Source of the DNA: an uncultured Gemmatimonadota bacterium
Lineage (GTDB): Bacteria; Gemmatimonadota; Gemmatimonadetes; Gemmatimonadales; Gemmatimonadaceae
Assembly: GCA_937906875.1 (NCBI GenBank)
Contig: CALCHX010000153.1
Coordinates: forward strand, 1,229 to 65,228
Reading direction: 5' to 3'
Length of the DNA: 64,000 bases
Of this stretch, positions 1-10,266 are shown one piece after another. Made by a program: the position numbers and the translations under genes. Below the pieces are notes generated by a model. The model was not told where the DNA came from. It saw nothing but the letters and a program-made list of their open reading frames with translations, and made no database searches. The first letter of the stretch is position 1. Each line of letters opens with the position of its first letter.

Positions 1-1709
1 TCACGGGCTCCGCGGACTCCATCGTGATGGTCGAGGGCGGAGCGCTGGAAGTCTCGGAGAAGGATGTCGTCGATGCGCTGGGCGTTGCCCACACGGGCGT
101 GCGTGAGCTGATCAGCATCCAGGAGGAGCTGTTCGCCAAGGTCGATCGACCGGAGAAGATGAGCTGGACGAAGGCCACGCCGCCCGAGGGCATGGAGACC
201 CGTGTCCGCGCCCTTGCCGAGGGCAGGATCGCCGAGGCGATCAACCAGAAGGACAAGCACACGCGCATGGAGTCGGTCGGGCGTGTCAAGCGCGAGATCG
301 CCGAGCTGCTGCTCGCCGAGTTCCCCGACAACCCGAAGGACATCCACACGCTGGTCGGCGATGTGGAGTACGACAAGCTGCGCGCACAGGTGCTCGACAC
401 CGGCCTCCGCGTGGACGGCCGGCGTCCCGACGAGGTCCGTGAGATCTCGATCGATACCGGACTCCTGCCGCGCACCCATGGTTCCTCGCTCTTCACGCGT
501 GGACAGACGCAGGCTCTTGTCGTCGCGACGCTGGGAACGGCGAGTGACGTACAGCGTCTCGATTCGGTCAACGACTCCGCCGAGACGACGAAGTCGTTCA
601 TGTTGCACTACAACTTCCCGCCGTTCTGCACTGGCGAGGTGCGCCCGGTGCGCGGCACGAGCCGTCGCGAGATCGGCCACGGCAATCTCGCCGAGCGGGC
701 ACTTCAGGCGGTATTGCCCCCGTTCGAGGACTTCCCGTATACGATCCGCATCGTGTCCGATGTGCTCGAGTCCAATGGCTCGTCGTCCATGGCTTCCGTG
801 TGCGGTGGTTCGCTGGCCATGTACGACGCCGGGGTGCCGGTCCGCGCCGCTGTGGCTGGCGTGGCAATGGGACTGATCAAGGAAGGGAAGAAGTACGCCA
901 TACTGACCGACATCCTCGGTACGGAGGACCATCTGGGCGACATGGACTTCAAGGTCGCCGGTACGAAGGATGGCATCACGTCCATCCAGATGGACATCAA
1001 GATCGAGGGACTCGATCTGTCCATCATGGCCGAGGCACTGGAGCAGGCACGGGTTGGTCGCCTGCACATCCTGGGTGAGATGGGGAAGGCGCTCGCGGCG
1101 CCGCGCGAGGAGCTCTCGGAATACGCTCCGCGCATTGTCACGGTGCAGATCAGCCCCGAGAAGATCGGCGACCTGATCGGTCCCAAGGGCAAGACGATTC
1201 GCGGTATCCAGGAAGAGACTGGCGCCGAGATATCGGTGGACGACGCCGGCATGGTGACCATTGCCGCCGTGGGCGGCGACGCGATGGAGCGGGCTCGCCA
1301 GATGGTACGCGCGATCACCGCCGAGCCGATCGTGGGCGACGTCTACGAGGGCACGGTCAAGAGTACGACGGCCTTCGGCGCGTTCATCGAGATCATGCCG
1401 GGCACGGAGGCGTTGCTGCACATCTCCGAATTGCGCCACGGTCGCACCGAGAAGACCGAGGACGTGGTCAAGAAGGGCGATCACGTTCGCGTGAAGCTCA
1501 TCGATCGGGACGAGCGAGGTCGCCTGCGGTTGTCGATGAAGGCCCTCGAGACGCCGCCGGAAGGCGCCGCGGCACCGAATGATCGTGGCAATGGTGAGGA
1601 TGCCGCCGCGGCAAGCGCCGAGGGCGACGATTCCCACTCCGACGATGGCAAGGAAGGCTCGAGCCGTCGGCCGCGACGTGGCAGCGGTCGCAGCGGCGGC
1701 AGCCGCTGA
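1..1709 (+). CDS. pnp: Polynucleotide phosphorylase (PNPase), 5'-truncated by the window edge
   Basis: ORF 24..1709 stays open to the window edge. It shows a second RNase PH domain, a KH motif (IGPKGKTIRGI) and an S1 domain (GDVYEGTVKSTTAFGAFIEI), then a ~55-aa acidic/Arg-Gly tail. Confidence 0.95.
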   Translation, partial: TGSADSIVMVEGGALEVSEKDVVDALGVAHTGVRELISIQEELFAKVDRPEKMSWTKATPPEGMETRVRALAEGRIAEAINQKDKHTRMESVGRVKREIAELLLAEFPDNPKDIHTLVGDVEYDKLRAQVLDTGLRVDGRRPDEVREISIDTGLLPRTHGSSLFTRGQTQALVVATLGTASDVQRLDSVNDSAETTKSFMLHYNFPPFCTGEVRPVRGTSRREIGHGNLAERALQAVLPPFEDFPYTIRIVSDVLESNGSSSMASVCGGSLAMYDAGVPVRAAVAGVAMGLIKEGKKYAILTDILGTEDHLGDMDFKVAGTKDGITSIQMDIKIEGLDLSIMAEALEQARVGRLHILGEMGKALAAPREELSEYAPRIVTVQISPEKIGDLIGPKGKTIRGIQEETGAEISVDDAGMVTIAAVGGDAMERARQMVRAITAEPIVGDVYEGTVKSTTAFGAFIEIMPGTEALLHISELRHGRTEKTEDVVKKGDHVRVKLIDRDERGRLRLSMKALETPPEGAAAPNDRGNGEDAAAASAEGDDSHSDDGKEGSSRRPRRGSGRSGGSR

Positions 1710-2989
1710 TGTCCGGCGCCCGCCCCGCCGTCATTGCTGACGGCGGGATGCGGCGCACCGTTCTACCCAACGGACTGACCGTACTCTCGGAGCACATGCC
1801 GGGAGTGCGGTCGGTTGCATTGGGGGCATGGGTTCGCGCCGCGTCGCTTCACGAGCCACCCGAAAAGATGGGTGTCTCGCACATGTTGGAGCACATGGTC
1901 TTCAAGGGGACGGCCAACCGGTCTGCCCACGAGCTGGCGCTCTCCCTCGAGGTGCTGGGCGGCTCGCTGGATGCGTATACTGCCCGCGAACACACCTCCT
2001 ACCAGGCGCGCGTTCTCGACCAGCACCTGTCAGAGGCCTCCGATGTCATCGCTGACCTCGTCTTCAGGCCGTCGCTCCGCAACGCCGATCTTGCGCTGGA
2101 GCGGAAGGTGGTGCTGGAGGAGATCAGCATGGTGGAGGACACGCCGGACGACCTCGTGTTCGAGTTGCACAACGACGTCCTGTGGGGCGATCAACCCCAT
2201 GGCTACGCCATCCTCGGCACGCGCGACACGGTGCGCTCGTTGGGTGTGCGCGACCTGAGGGCGCTCCACGAGCGCGCGTATCACCCAGGCCAGATGGTCG
2301 TCGCCGCTGCCGGCAACGTGGGTCACGATCAGCTCCTTGAAGTGCTCGAGCGCACGGGCTGGATGGATGTCGCTGGCGGTGACCGGACGGCGCTGCCGAC
2401 AGTGACGCCGGTGCCACGGTCGGCCGAATCACGACACGTCACGCGGGACCTGAGTCAGACCCACATCGTCTTCGGCAGCGCCACCGTGCCGTATGCCGAT
2501 CCACGCCGTTACACGCTCTCGCTTGTCGGCATGATGCTGGGCGGGGGGATGAGTTCCAGGCTGTTCCAGCGAGTTCGCGAGGAACTGGGCCTGGCGTATT
2601 CCGTGTACACCTTCCAGTCGTTCCATCTCGACGCCGGAGTCCACGGCGTCTACGTGGCGACGGCACCGGGCACTGCCCGAGCCGCCGCTGACGCAATCCG
2701 GGAAGAGCTGGCCGTACTGGCGCGCGACGGACTGGACGAGTCCGCGCTCGCCGCTGCCAAGAGCCAGTACAAGGGGCAGGTGGTGCTGTCGCTGGAAGGT
2801 GTCTCGTCGCGCATGTACAGGGCCGCCGAGGTGGACCTCTATGGCGTCCCATACAGGGCGATGGATGAGGTGCTCGCACTTGTCGAAGCCATCACCCTGG
2901 ATGACGTCGCGGCGGTCTGTGGTGAGTTCTTCGGGCCTGACAGACAGACGGTGGTCAGTCTTGGCCCGGGCACCGAAGGAGCGGGCTGA
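1709..2989 (+). CDS. M16 (pitrilysin/insulinase) family zinc peptidase
   Basis: 426-aa ORF with the inverted zinc motif HxxEH (HMLEHMVFKG). Its ATG overlaps the pnp stop (TGATG). Confidence 0.85.
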   Translation: MSGARPAVIADGGMRRTVLPNGLTVLSEHMPGVRSVALGAWVRAASLHEPPEKMGVSHMLEHMVFKGTANRSAHELALSLEVLGGSLDAYTAREHTSYQARVLDQHLSEASDVIADLVFRPSLRNADLALERKVVLEEISMVEDTPDDLVFELHNDVLWGDQPHGYAILGTRDTVRSLGVRDLRALHERAYHPGQMVVAAAGNVGHDQLLEVLERTGWMDVAGGDRTALPTVTPVPRSAESRHVTRDLSQTHIVFGSATVPYADPRRYTLSLVGMMLGGGMSSRLFQRVREELGLAYSVYTFQSFHLDAGVHGVYVATAPGTARAAADAIREELAVLARDGLDESALAAAKSQYKGQVVLSLEGVSSRMYRAAEVDLYGVPYRAMDEVLALVEAITLDDVAAVCGEFFGPDRQTVVSLGPGTEGAG

Positions 2990-3114
2990 CGACCACCGGT
3001 GTTCGATCGCGGATGATTCGTGGCATGGCATTCCGGCCCGAACATCTTACCTTATCAGGCGCGCGTCGCACGAGCTCGCGTGCGCGCCACTCCTACTGAC
3101 ACGGCGCTCCGGAC

Positions 3115-4230
3115 ATGAAAATCGGCGTTCCCAGAGAGATCAAGACCAACGAGAATCGTATCGCCCTCGTGCCTGCGGGCGCCGAGGCGCTCATCGCGGC
3201 CGGCCATCAGGTGATGGTGGAGGCGGGTGCGGGTGAGGGTAGTGGATTCGATGACGCGGCATACATCGCCGTCGGCGCCTCCATCGGCCCCGATGCCGCC
3301 ACCGTCTGGGGCCAGGCGGACATGGTGCTCAAGGTGAAGGAGCCGATCGCCTCCGAATGGAAGCACCTTCGCTCGGACCTGATCGTCTTCACCTTCTTCC
3401 ACTTCGCCGCCGATGAGGAGCTGAGTCGCGCTCATCTGGAGAGCGGTGCCACCTGTATCGCGTACGAGACGGTCGAACTCCCGTCCCGCGAGCTTCCGCT
3501 GCTCACACCGATGTCCGAGGTGGCGGGACGGATGGCCGTGCAGCAGGGTGCCAAGTATCTCGAGAAGCTGTACGGCGGTCGCGGCATGCTGCTGGGCGGC
3601 GTGCCTGGCGTACCACCAGCTCGCGTGGTCATCCTGGGTGGTGGGATCGTCGGCATCAACGCCGCGAAGATGGCTGCCGGCCTGGGCGCGCAGGTAACCA
3701 TCATGGATGTGTCGCTCGAGCGCCTGCGCTACCTCTCCGACGTGATGCCGGCGAATGTGCAGCTCGTCTTCTCCAACCGCCACAATATCCTGGAGCAGAT
3801 CAGCACCGCGGACGTGGTCGTGGGAGGCGTGCTCATCCCCGGGGCGAAAGCTCCCAAGCTGGTGCGCAAGGAGGATCTGGCGACCATGCCCAGGGGCGCG
3901 GTGATCGTGGACGTGGCGGTGGACCAGGGTGGTTGCTTCGAGACGACCCGCCCGACCACGCATGAAGACCCGACGTTCATGGTCGACGGCGTGCTGCATT
4001 ACTGCGTCGCGAACATGCCCGGAGGAGTGCCCCGCACGTCCACCCTGGCGCTTACCAACGCAACCCTGCCATACGTCCTCCAGATTGCCCAGAAGGGCTG
4101 GCGGAAGGCGCTCCAGGAGAACAAGGCGTTGCGTCGGGGGCTCAACATGACGGGGGGCAAGGTCACCTACAAGGCCGTCGCCGACACCTTCGGGCTCCCG
4201 TTCGTGGACGCTTCAACGCTCGTCGACTGA
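3115..4230 (+). CDS. ald: Alanine dehydrogenase
   Basis: N-terminus MKIGVPREIKTNENRIALVP and Rossmann motif VVILGGGIVGINAA; the 371-aa length is typical. Confidence 0.9.
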   Translation: MKIGVPREIKTNENRIALVPAGAEALIAAGHQVMVEAGAGEGSGFDDAAYIAVGASIGPDAATVWGQADMVLKVKEPIASEWKHLRSDLIVFTFFHFAADEELSRAHLESGATCIAYETVELPSRELPLLTPMSEVAGRMAVQQGAKYLEKLYGGRGMLLGGVPGVPPARVVILGGGIVGINAAKMAAGLGAQVTIMDVSLERLRYLSDVMPANVQLVFSNRHNILEQISTADVVVGGVLIPGAKAPKLVRKEDLATMPRGAVIVDVAVDQGGCFETTRPTTHEDPTFMVDGVLHYCVANMPGGVPRTSTLALTNATLPYVLQIAQKGWRKALQENKALRRGLNMTGGKVTYKAVADTFGLPFVDASTLVD

Positions 4231-4237
4231 GCCAGTT

Positions 4238-4268
4238 GGCCGGACGGGTGCGGTTGCCCGTCCGGTCC
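4238..4268 (+). terminator. GC-rich hairpin just downstream of ald (candidate terminator)
   Basis: Arms ggccggacggg / cccgtccggtcc with an 8-nt loop, starting 8 nt after the ald stop. No clear U-tract follows. Confidence 0.4.
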
Positions 4269-4400
4269 TGGGCTTCCGTCGTAGGTCGTGACGTCGCAAT
4301 GCCTTGCTCGCCTCCGAGACGACGAGTAGTTTTACCGTGATCCTCACCCGTTGGTTGTCACCCAGCGCCCCCTTCGCCGCGGGCGTGCTTCGAGTATTGC

Positions 4401-5438
4401 ATGCGTTTCCCTTTCTTCAAGAAGGGGTCGTTGTTCCCCGCGAACGCGATCGCCGTTGACCTCGGCACCGCCAACACCCTGATATACGTCAAAGGCGAGG
4501 GGATCGTACTCAACGAGCCCTCGGTGGTTGCCATAGACCGCGATACGAAGCGGATCAAGGGCGTGGGACTGGAAGCAAAGCGCATGCTCGGCAGGACACC
4601 CGAGGGTGTCATCGCGGTGCGTCCCATGAAGGACGGCGTGATCGCCGACTTCGACGTGACCGAGAAGATGCTCCGCTACTTCCTCACCCTGATCATCGAG
4701 AATCACTTCTTCAGGGTGAAGCCGAGGGTCATAGTCTGCGTCCCTTCGGGGATCACGGAGGTGGAGAAGCGTGCAGTGCGCGACTCCGCGCTCGGTGCCG
4801 GCGCGAAGGAAGTCTTCATGGTCGCCGAGCCGATGGCGGCGGCGATCGGCGTCGGCCTGCCGGTAGACACGCCCACCGGTAACATGGTGATCGACATCGG
4901 TGGCGGAACCACGGAGATCGCCGTCATCGCACTCTCCGGCCTGGTCAGCGACACCTCCATTCGAACCGGCGGCGACGAGCTCGATATCTCGATCGTGCAG
5001 TTCATGCGCAAGAACTACAACCTCCTCATTGGCGACCAGACGGCCGAGCAGATCAAGATCCAGATCGGCTCGGCGCATCCGGTGGGTGAGGAGCGTGAGA
5101 TGGAGGTCAAGGGACGGGATCTGGTATCGGGTATCCCGAAGACCGTCAGGGTCCATTCGGCGGAGATCCGGGAGGCCATCCAGGAGCCCATCCAGCAGAT
5201 CGTGGATGCTGTCAGGCGGGCGCTCGAGATCACTCCACCCGAGCTGGCCAGCGATATCGTTGATCGCGGCATCGTGATGACCGGGGGAGGCGCGCTCATC
5301 CGCGGTCTCGATCTCCTGCTCAGCCAGGAGACCGGCCTTCCCATCCACGTCGATGAGGATCCGCTCACCTGCGTCGTTCGCGGCACCGGCAAGATCCTCG
5401 ACGATGAGGAGAAGTACTGGTCGGTTCTCAGTAGCTGA
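4401..5438 (+). CDS. mreB: Rod shape-determining actin homologue MreB
   Basis: Motifs [13 protein letters not shown] and [11 protein letters not shown]; 345 aa; followed by mreC and mreD. Confidence 0.95.
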   Translation: MRFPFFKKGSLFPANAIAVDLGTANTLIYVKGEGIVLNEPSVVAIDRDTKRIKGVGLEAKRMLGRTPEGVIAVRPMKDGVIADFDVTEKMLRYFLTLIIENHFFRVKPRVIVCVPSGITEVEKRAVRDSALGAGAKEVFMVAEPMAAAIGVGLPVDTPTGNMVIDIGGGTTEIAVIALSGLVSDTSIRTGGDELDISIVQFMRKNYNLLIGDQTAEQIKIQIGSAHPVGEEREMEVKGRDLVSGIPKTVRVHSAEIREAIQEPIQQIVDAVRRALEITPPELASDIVDRGIVMTGGGALIRGLDLLLSQETGLPIHVDEDPLTCVVRGTGKILDDEEKYWSVLSS

Positions 5439-5449
5439 CGCGGGGAGCC

Positions 5450-6625
5450 GTGCGACGGAGTTCGGTCTCCCAGGGTAGTCGCGCCGACGTCATCGTGACG
5501 TTGGCGCTTGTCGTTCTATCCCTGCTCGCGCTCATCCTCCCACCCGCCGTCCGTGATCCAGTGGCGTCGGCTGTACGGCAGACCGCAGGCGTGCCGCTGA
5601 TCGAGTTGCAGGAACGGGCAGAGAACACTCGTGCCGCCTTTCTCGCCCACGATTCCACCAGCCGCGTAGTGGACAGTCTGGCGCTGGAGTCGATGGATGT
5701 CCTGGCGTTGCGCTCGGAGAATGAGCACCTGCGCGAGCTGCTGGGCCTGGCCGCGAGGTTGCGTTGGGGCTTCCTCGTCTCGTCGGCCGATTTCCTTCCC
5801 GCCAACGCGCTCGGGGACCGCAGCCTCGGGCGTGAGGTGATGCTCACACTCAACGTCGGCAGCCGCTCAGGGGTGGCGCCCTACTCCCCCGTTGTAGCGC
5901 CCCAGGGCGTGGTTGGCCGGGTCCGATCGGTCGACCCGACATCCAGCCTGGTGGAGCTCTATTCGCATGAGAACTTTCGTCTGAGTGCGATGACGGCGGA
6001 CCAGCGTGTGCTCGGAATAGTCCGGCCCCACCTGGGTGACTCCAAGGACGAGTACATGCTGGAAATGGGTGGTGTGCAGTTCCGCGATACGCTGGATGCC
6101 GGCACGGTCATATACACGTCGGGCCTGGGCGGAACGTTCCCGGCCTACGTTCCGGTGGGCACTGTCGTGCGCGAGCTCGGCACGGCGGAGATGTGGGCCC
6201 GTACCTATCTCCTCAGTCCGGTCGTTCGACCTGGTGACATCCGTACGGTGATCGTTCTGACGCCCCAGCGTGCCGTAGCCGGCGTGGAAGGTGTGTGGGT
6301 GTCGGCACCCGACTCGGCAGCGCGCGCGACGGCTGCCGTGGGCGACTCCATCCGCGCTGACTCCCTGGCGCGGGCGATGAGTGCGATAGCGGCGGCGACC
6401 CGCCAACGCCTGCTGGATTCCCTCAAGGCAGCCGGCGTCCTTGTCGAGCCTCCCCGGCCGGCCAGCCCTGCCGGCCCTCCAGCGAATCCCGCTCCTCCGT
6501 CTCCCTCGCCGGCCCCGGCCGCGAGCCCCGCCGCACCGGTGGACGACAGCGCGACCCGGCGTCCGCCGCCGGCGCTGCCGCCGACCGTGCCAGGGCAATC
6601 CGGCTCGTTGCTCCGGGCGCCATGA
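5450..6625 (+). CDS. mreC: Rod shape-determining protein MreC
   Basis: Lies directly after mreB. It has an N-terminal TM segment and a coiled-coil region (ENEHLRELL). The last ~70 aa are a Pro/Ala-rich low-complexity tail. Confidence 0.8.
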   Translation: MRRSSVSQGSRADVIVTLALVVLSLLALILPPAVRDPVASAVRQTAGVPLIELQERAENTRAAFLAHDSTSRVVDSLALESMDVLALRSENEHLRELLGLAARLRWGFLVSSADFLPANALGDRSLGREVMLTLNVGSRSGVAPYSPVVAPQGVVGRVRSVDPTSSLVELYSHENFRLSAMTADQRVLGIVRPHLGDSKDEYMLEMGGVQFRDTLDAGTVIYTSGLGGTFPAYVPVGTVVRELGTAEMWARTYLLSPVVRPGDIRTVIVLTPQRAVAGVEGVWVSAPDSAARATAAVGDSIRADSLARAMSAIAAATRQRLLDSLKAAGVLVEPPRPASPAGPPANPAPPSPSPAPAASPAAPVDDSATRRPPPALPPTVPGQSGSLLRAP

Positions 6626-7110
6626 ACATGGCGCGCGCGCTCCGTACGATCGTCCTGTTCGCGGTCCTCATCGCGTTACATTACAGTGTGAGGCCCCTGT
6701 TCGCGGCCCGTGCATCGGTCGACTTCCTGGTCATCGCGCTGCTTCTGGCCGCGGTGCGGGTAAGGCCGGGCGCGGCGGCACTGGTCGGCTTCCTGCTCGG
6801 CCTGCTGATGGATTCGCTGCGACCAGGCACGTTCGGCGCTGCCTCGCTCGCCATGACTGTCATCGGCTATTCCGCATCGTGGTTGAAGCCGGTTTTCTTC
6901 GCCGACAACCTGCCACTCAATGCGTTCTTCTTCTTCGTTGGCAAGTGGGGTTTCGACGCCATCTACCTGATCGTCGGCCAGCGCCTTCAGGGACGTGAGC
7001 TGGTGATTCAGTTGCTCCTCTGGTCTCCGTTGGCGGCGGCCATAACCGCGGCCGTCGGAGTGTTCCTCCTCGTATTCGCGCGGCCACTCACGGAGTCGCG
7101 CTCCTCATGA
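6622..7110 (+). CDS. mreD: Rod shape-determining protein MreD
   Basis: 162-aa polytopic hydrophobic protein with ATGA overlaps to mreC and mrdA. Assigned mainly by position. Confidence 0.7.
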   Translation: MNMARALRTIVLFAVLIALHYSVRPLFAARASVDFLVIALLLAAVRVRPGAAALVGFLLGLLMDSLRPGTFGAASLAMTVIGYSASWLKPVFFADNLPLNAFFFFVGKWGFDAIYLIVGQRLQGRELVIQLLLWSPLAAAITAAVGVFLLVFARPLTESRSS

Positions 7111-8909
7111 GCTTTCATCCGAACGACATCACGCGCCGGTCGCGGGTCGCATCGGTGCTTCTCATCCTCGCTTTCGTCTGGCTGGGAGGCGCGTTCTTCC
7201 GCGCCCAGGTGCTGGACGGCGAGCGTTTCGCGCTCCAGTCCACCCAGAACCGGTTGCGCGAGGTACCCATGCCGGCGCCCCGCGCCGCGATCCTGGACCG
7301 CCACGGCCGCATCATCGCCGAGAGCGTCCCCGGCTATGCGGTGCTCCTGACGCTGGATCGCACCAAGAGCCGGCCGGCGGCGGAGGACTCCCTCAGGAGC
7401 ACCCTGGGTCGATTGGGCGACTTCATCCCCTACACGGATGAACAGATCGAGGCCGCGGTGCGTCGCTACCGCCGCGACCCCTATCGGCCCGTCGTCGTGC
7501 TGTCTGACGCCCCATTCGACGTGGTGTCGGTACTCGAGGAGCGCGTGGCCGACTTTCCGGGACTGATCATCCAGGCGTCGCCCAAGCGTTACTACCCCGA
7601 TGGTGCCGTGGTCAGCTCGTTCGTCGGTTATACCGGCGAGATCAGCGATGCCGAGTTGTCGCAGGCAGATTCCACGTACAAGGCTGGCCAGCAGATCGGC
7701 AAGCAGGGACTGGAGGCTCAGTACGAGAGCCTGTTGCGAGGCAAGGAAGGGAAGAGCTTCATCGAGGTGGATGCCCTGAATCGCGTCGTGAAGCGTGAGA
7801 ACGTGCGTCCCGACCTGTTGCCGGAGGCACAACCGCCGCTACGGACCAACATTGACATGGACCTCCAGCACTTTGTCTACAAGATGCTGGAGGGAGATAC
7901 GTCCATGACGGGTGCCATAATCGCGCTCGACCCGAAGACGGGCGGCGTGCTGGCGATGCACAGTAACCCGGGCTTCGATCCCAACCGCTTCATTGGCGGG
8001 GTGAGCAAGGCGTACTACGACTCGCTCAGCAACGACCCACGGCGGCCGATGTACAACAAGGTCATCCAGGGACGCTATCCACCCGCCTCCACATTCAAGC
8101 TGGTGACCGCCGCAATTGCCATGGAACGCGGCCTGGTGACGCTCGACACTCACATGCCAGTGCCCTGTCGGGGTGGATACCAGTACGGTAGTCGCTGGTT
8201 CCGTTGCTGGAATCACCGCGGCCATGGCAACCTCTCGCTGCGTCAGGCCATAGCGCTTTCCTGCGACGTATACTTCTACCAGTTGGGTCAGCTCATCGGC
8301 CTGGAGGAGTTTCTCAAGGGTGGCATTGCCGTCGGGATGAATGACCGTAGCGGCATCGATCTTCCGAACGAGACAAGGTCGCGGTGGCCCGCTGACGTCA
8401 AGTACTACGATGAGACTTACGGTCCGCGGAACTGGTCGCGAGCGGTCACGCTCAACCTGGCAATCGGGCAGGGGGAGAACGACCAGACGGTCGTGAACAT
8501 GGCGCGGATCTTCACGGCGCTGGCCACCGACGGCACCTCGAAGAATCCGGAGATAGTGGCCAGGGAACCCGTGGTCCGCCGCTCTTTCAATCTTTCTGCC
8601 GAGCAGATGGCGGGGCTTCGGTCAGCGCTCGTGGATGTGGTATCGTCACGAGGTACCGCCGGCGGCTCGGCAATCCAGGGCGTCCAGATTGCCGGCAAGA
8701 CCGGGACGGCCCAGAACTCCCAGGACCCCGATCGCGACCACGGCTGGTTCGTCGGCTTCGCACCGGCCGACGATCCGAAGATTGTCGTGGCGGTGTTCAT
8801 CCAGTTCGGAGAGAGCGGTTCGACAGTGGCCCGTTACGCATCGGCCATCATCGGACACTATCTCAAGTCGGCGACGGCTCCCATCCCCGTCACCGAAGAG
8901 GGCCAGTGA
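7107..8909 (+). CDS. mrdA: Penicillin-binding protein 2 (elongasome transpeptidase)
   Basis: SxxK motif (ASTFKLVTA), KTG motif (AGKTGTAQ), an N-terminal TM anchor, and a position between mreD and rodA. Confidence 0.9.
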   Translation: MSFHPNDITRRSRVASVLLILAFVWLGGAFFRAQVLDGERFALQSTQNRLREVPMPAPRAAILDRHGRIIAESVPGYAVLLTLDRTKSRPAAEDSLRSTLGRLGDFIPYTDEQIEAAVRRYRRDPYRPVVVLSDAPFDVVSVLEERVADFPGLIIQASPKRYYPDGAVVSSFVGYTGEISDAELSQADSTYKAGQQIGKQGLEAQYESLLRGKEGKSFIEVDALNRVVKRENVRPDLLPEAQPPLRTNIDMDLQHFVYKMLEGDTSMTGAIIALDPKTGGVLAMHSNPGFDPNRFIGGVSKAYYDSLSNDPRRPMYNKVIQGRYPPASTFKLVTAAIAMERGLVTLDTHMPVPCRGGYQYGSRWFRCWNHRGHGNLSLRQAIALSCDVYFYQLGQLIGLEEFLKGGIAVGMNDRSGIDLPNETRSRWPADVKYYDETYGPRNWSRAVTLNLAIGQGENDQTVVNMARIFTALATDGTSKNPEIVAREPVVRRSFNLSAEQMAGLRSALVDVVSSRGTAGGSAIQGVQIAGKTGTAQNSQDPDRDHGWFVGFAPADDPKIVVAVFIQFGESGSTVARYASAIIGHYLKSATAPIPVTEEGQ

Positions 8910-10153
8910 TCCGACGGACGGTCCGCGACGTACCGTTGGTGACGATCGCGCTCCTCCTCTCGCTGTACGGCATCGCCATCGTCTTCTCGGCGGGTCAGAC
9001 AGACGTGCCAACCCTGGCGCACCACGTCTGGCGCAACCAGATCGTCTGGTTCGCGCTGGGTCTGATCGGCGCCTACATCGTGAGCCGGGCTTCCGTGCGC
9101 CTGCTGGAGTGGGCGGCCTGGCCGGCCTACCTGTTCACGATCGTCCTGCTCGTCGTCACCCTGGTCATCGGCCAGGGCTTCGGGACGGGAGCGAGTTCCA
9201 AGAGCTGGCTCGTGATCGGCGGAGTGAGGCTCGGGCAGCCGGCAGAACTGGCAAAGCTCACCGTGGTGCTGATGCTGGCGCGCGTCCTGGCCAGTCGCCG
9301 CGAAGCTCCTCAGTCCCTCCTGCAACTATGGCTCCCCGCGCTGGTGGTCGCCGTGCCGTGGCTGCTCATCATGGCGCAGCCGGATCTTGGCACGGGCCTG
9401 GTCTTCATCGGCATCTTCTTCGCCATGCTCTTCTGGGCTGGCGTGCCGTGGCCGCTGCTCATTCTCATTGCCAGCCCCGGCGTGAGCCTGATCCTCTCCT
9501 TCAGCACCTTCTGGTGGGGCGGCTGGTTCCTCCTCCTGCTCGCCCTCGTGCTCTGGTACAGGCCGTTCCTGGCGGAGGGCATCACGCTCGTCGTCGCCAA
9601 CGTGACGACGGGAGTGCTCGCCCCCATTCTCTGGGACAGCATGGCGCCGTACCAGCAGAAGCGGCTCCTCGTCTTCCTCAACCCCAACATCGATCCCCGC
9701 GATGCCGGCTATCACGTCATCCAGTCTCGCGTGGCCATCGGGTCTGGCGGGTGGTTCGGGAACGGGTACCTGGAGGGCACGCAGAAACGGCTCGCCTTCC
9801 TTCCTGAGCAGCACACGGACTTCATCTTCGCCGTCGTTGGTGAGGAACTGGGCTTCATCGGCGTATCCGTCGCCCTCGTCCTCTTCCTTCTTCTCTTCCT
9901 GCGAATAGTTCGCGTGGCGCAGCGGTCCAACGAGCCGTTCAGCGGGCTGGTCGCTTTCGGCCTGTTGGCCAGTTGGCTGGTGCACGTCATCGTGAACGTG
10001 GGCATGACGCTGAACCTCATGCCCATCACCGGCATCCCGCTGCCGTTCTTCAGCTACGGCGGGTCGTTCATGATGGCCAGTTGGCTGGCCATCGGGATCC
10101 TCCTGCGCATCTCGAGCGAGGGTCGCGGTCAGCCTGGTCAACTGGGCATCTGA
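8906..10153 (+). CDS. rodA: SEDS-family peptidoglycan polymerase RodA
   Basis: Polytopic FtsW/RodA-type sequence (QSRVAIGSGGWFG, PEQHTDFIFAVVGEELG). GTGA overlap with mrdA. Confidence 0.9.
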   Translation: MIRRTVRDVPLVTIALLLSLYGIAIVFSAGQTDVPTLAHHVWRNQIVWFALGLIGAYIVSRASVRLLEWAAWPAYLFTIVLLVVTLVIGQGFGTGASSKSWLVIGGVRLGQPAELAKLTVVLMLARVLASRREAPQSLLQLWLPALVVAVPWLLIMAQPDLGTGLVFIGIFFAMLFWAGVPWPLLILIASPGVSLILSFSTFWWGGWFLLLLALVLWYRPFLAEGITLVVANVTTGVLAPILWDSMAPYQQKRLLVFLNPNIDPRDAGYHVIQSRVAIGSGGWFGNGYLEGTQKRLAFLPEQHTDFIFAVVGEELGFIGVSVALVLFLLLFLRIVRVAQRSNEPFSGLVAFGLLASWLVHVIVNVGMTLNLMPITGIPLPFFSYGGSFMMASWLAIGILLRISSEGRGQPGQLGI

Positions 10154-10171
10154 GCCCATCGGGTGCTCTCG

Positions 10172-10189
10172 CCGCCTGATGCCAGGCGG
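10172..10189 (+). terminator. Short hairpin after rodA (weak terminator candidate)
   Basis: Arms ccgcctg and caggcgg with loop atgc, about 20 nt after the rodA stop. Confidence 0.3.
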
Positions 10190-10230
10190 ACATTCCTGCA
10201 TGGCACGGCGTCAGCGAACCCGTCAGTCCC

Positions 10231-10259
10231 TTGCCGGGGCCCCCTCAGACAGTCACATT
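10231..10259 (+). promoter_or_regulatory. Candidate sigma70-type promoter of accD with leaderless geometry
   Basis: TTGCCG-N17-CACATT ending 7 nt before ATG 10267; no SD lies in between. Confidence 0.4.
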
Positions 10260-10266
10260 TCGCGCC

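Noticed and set aside
3058-3088. A GC palindrome (ggcgcgc...gagctc...gcgcgcc) between the M16 peptidase gene and ald, as a regulator site.
   Set aside because: It is equally consistent with a simple terminator hairpin for the pnp-M16 unit. No second half-site or repeat suggests an Lrp/AldR-type operator.
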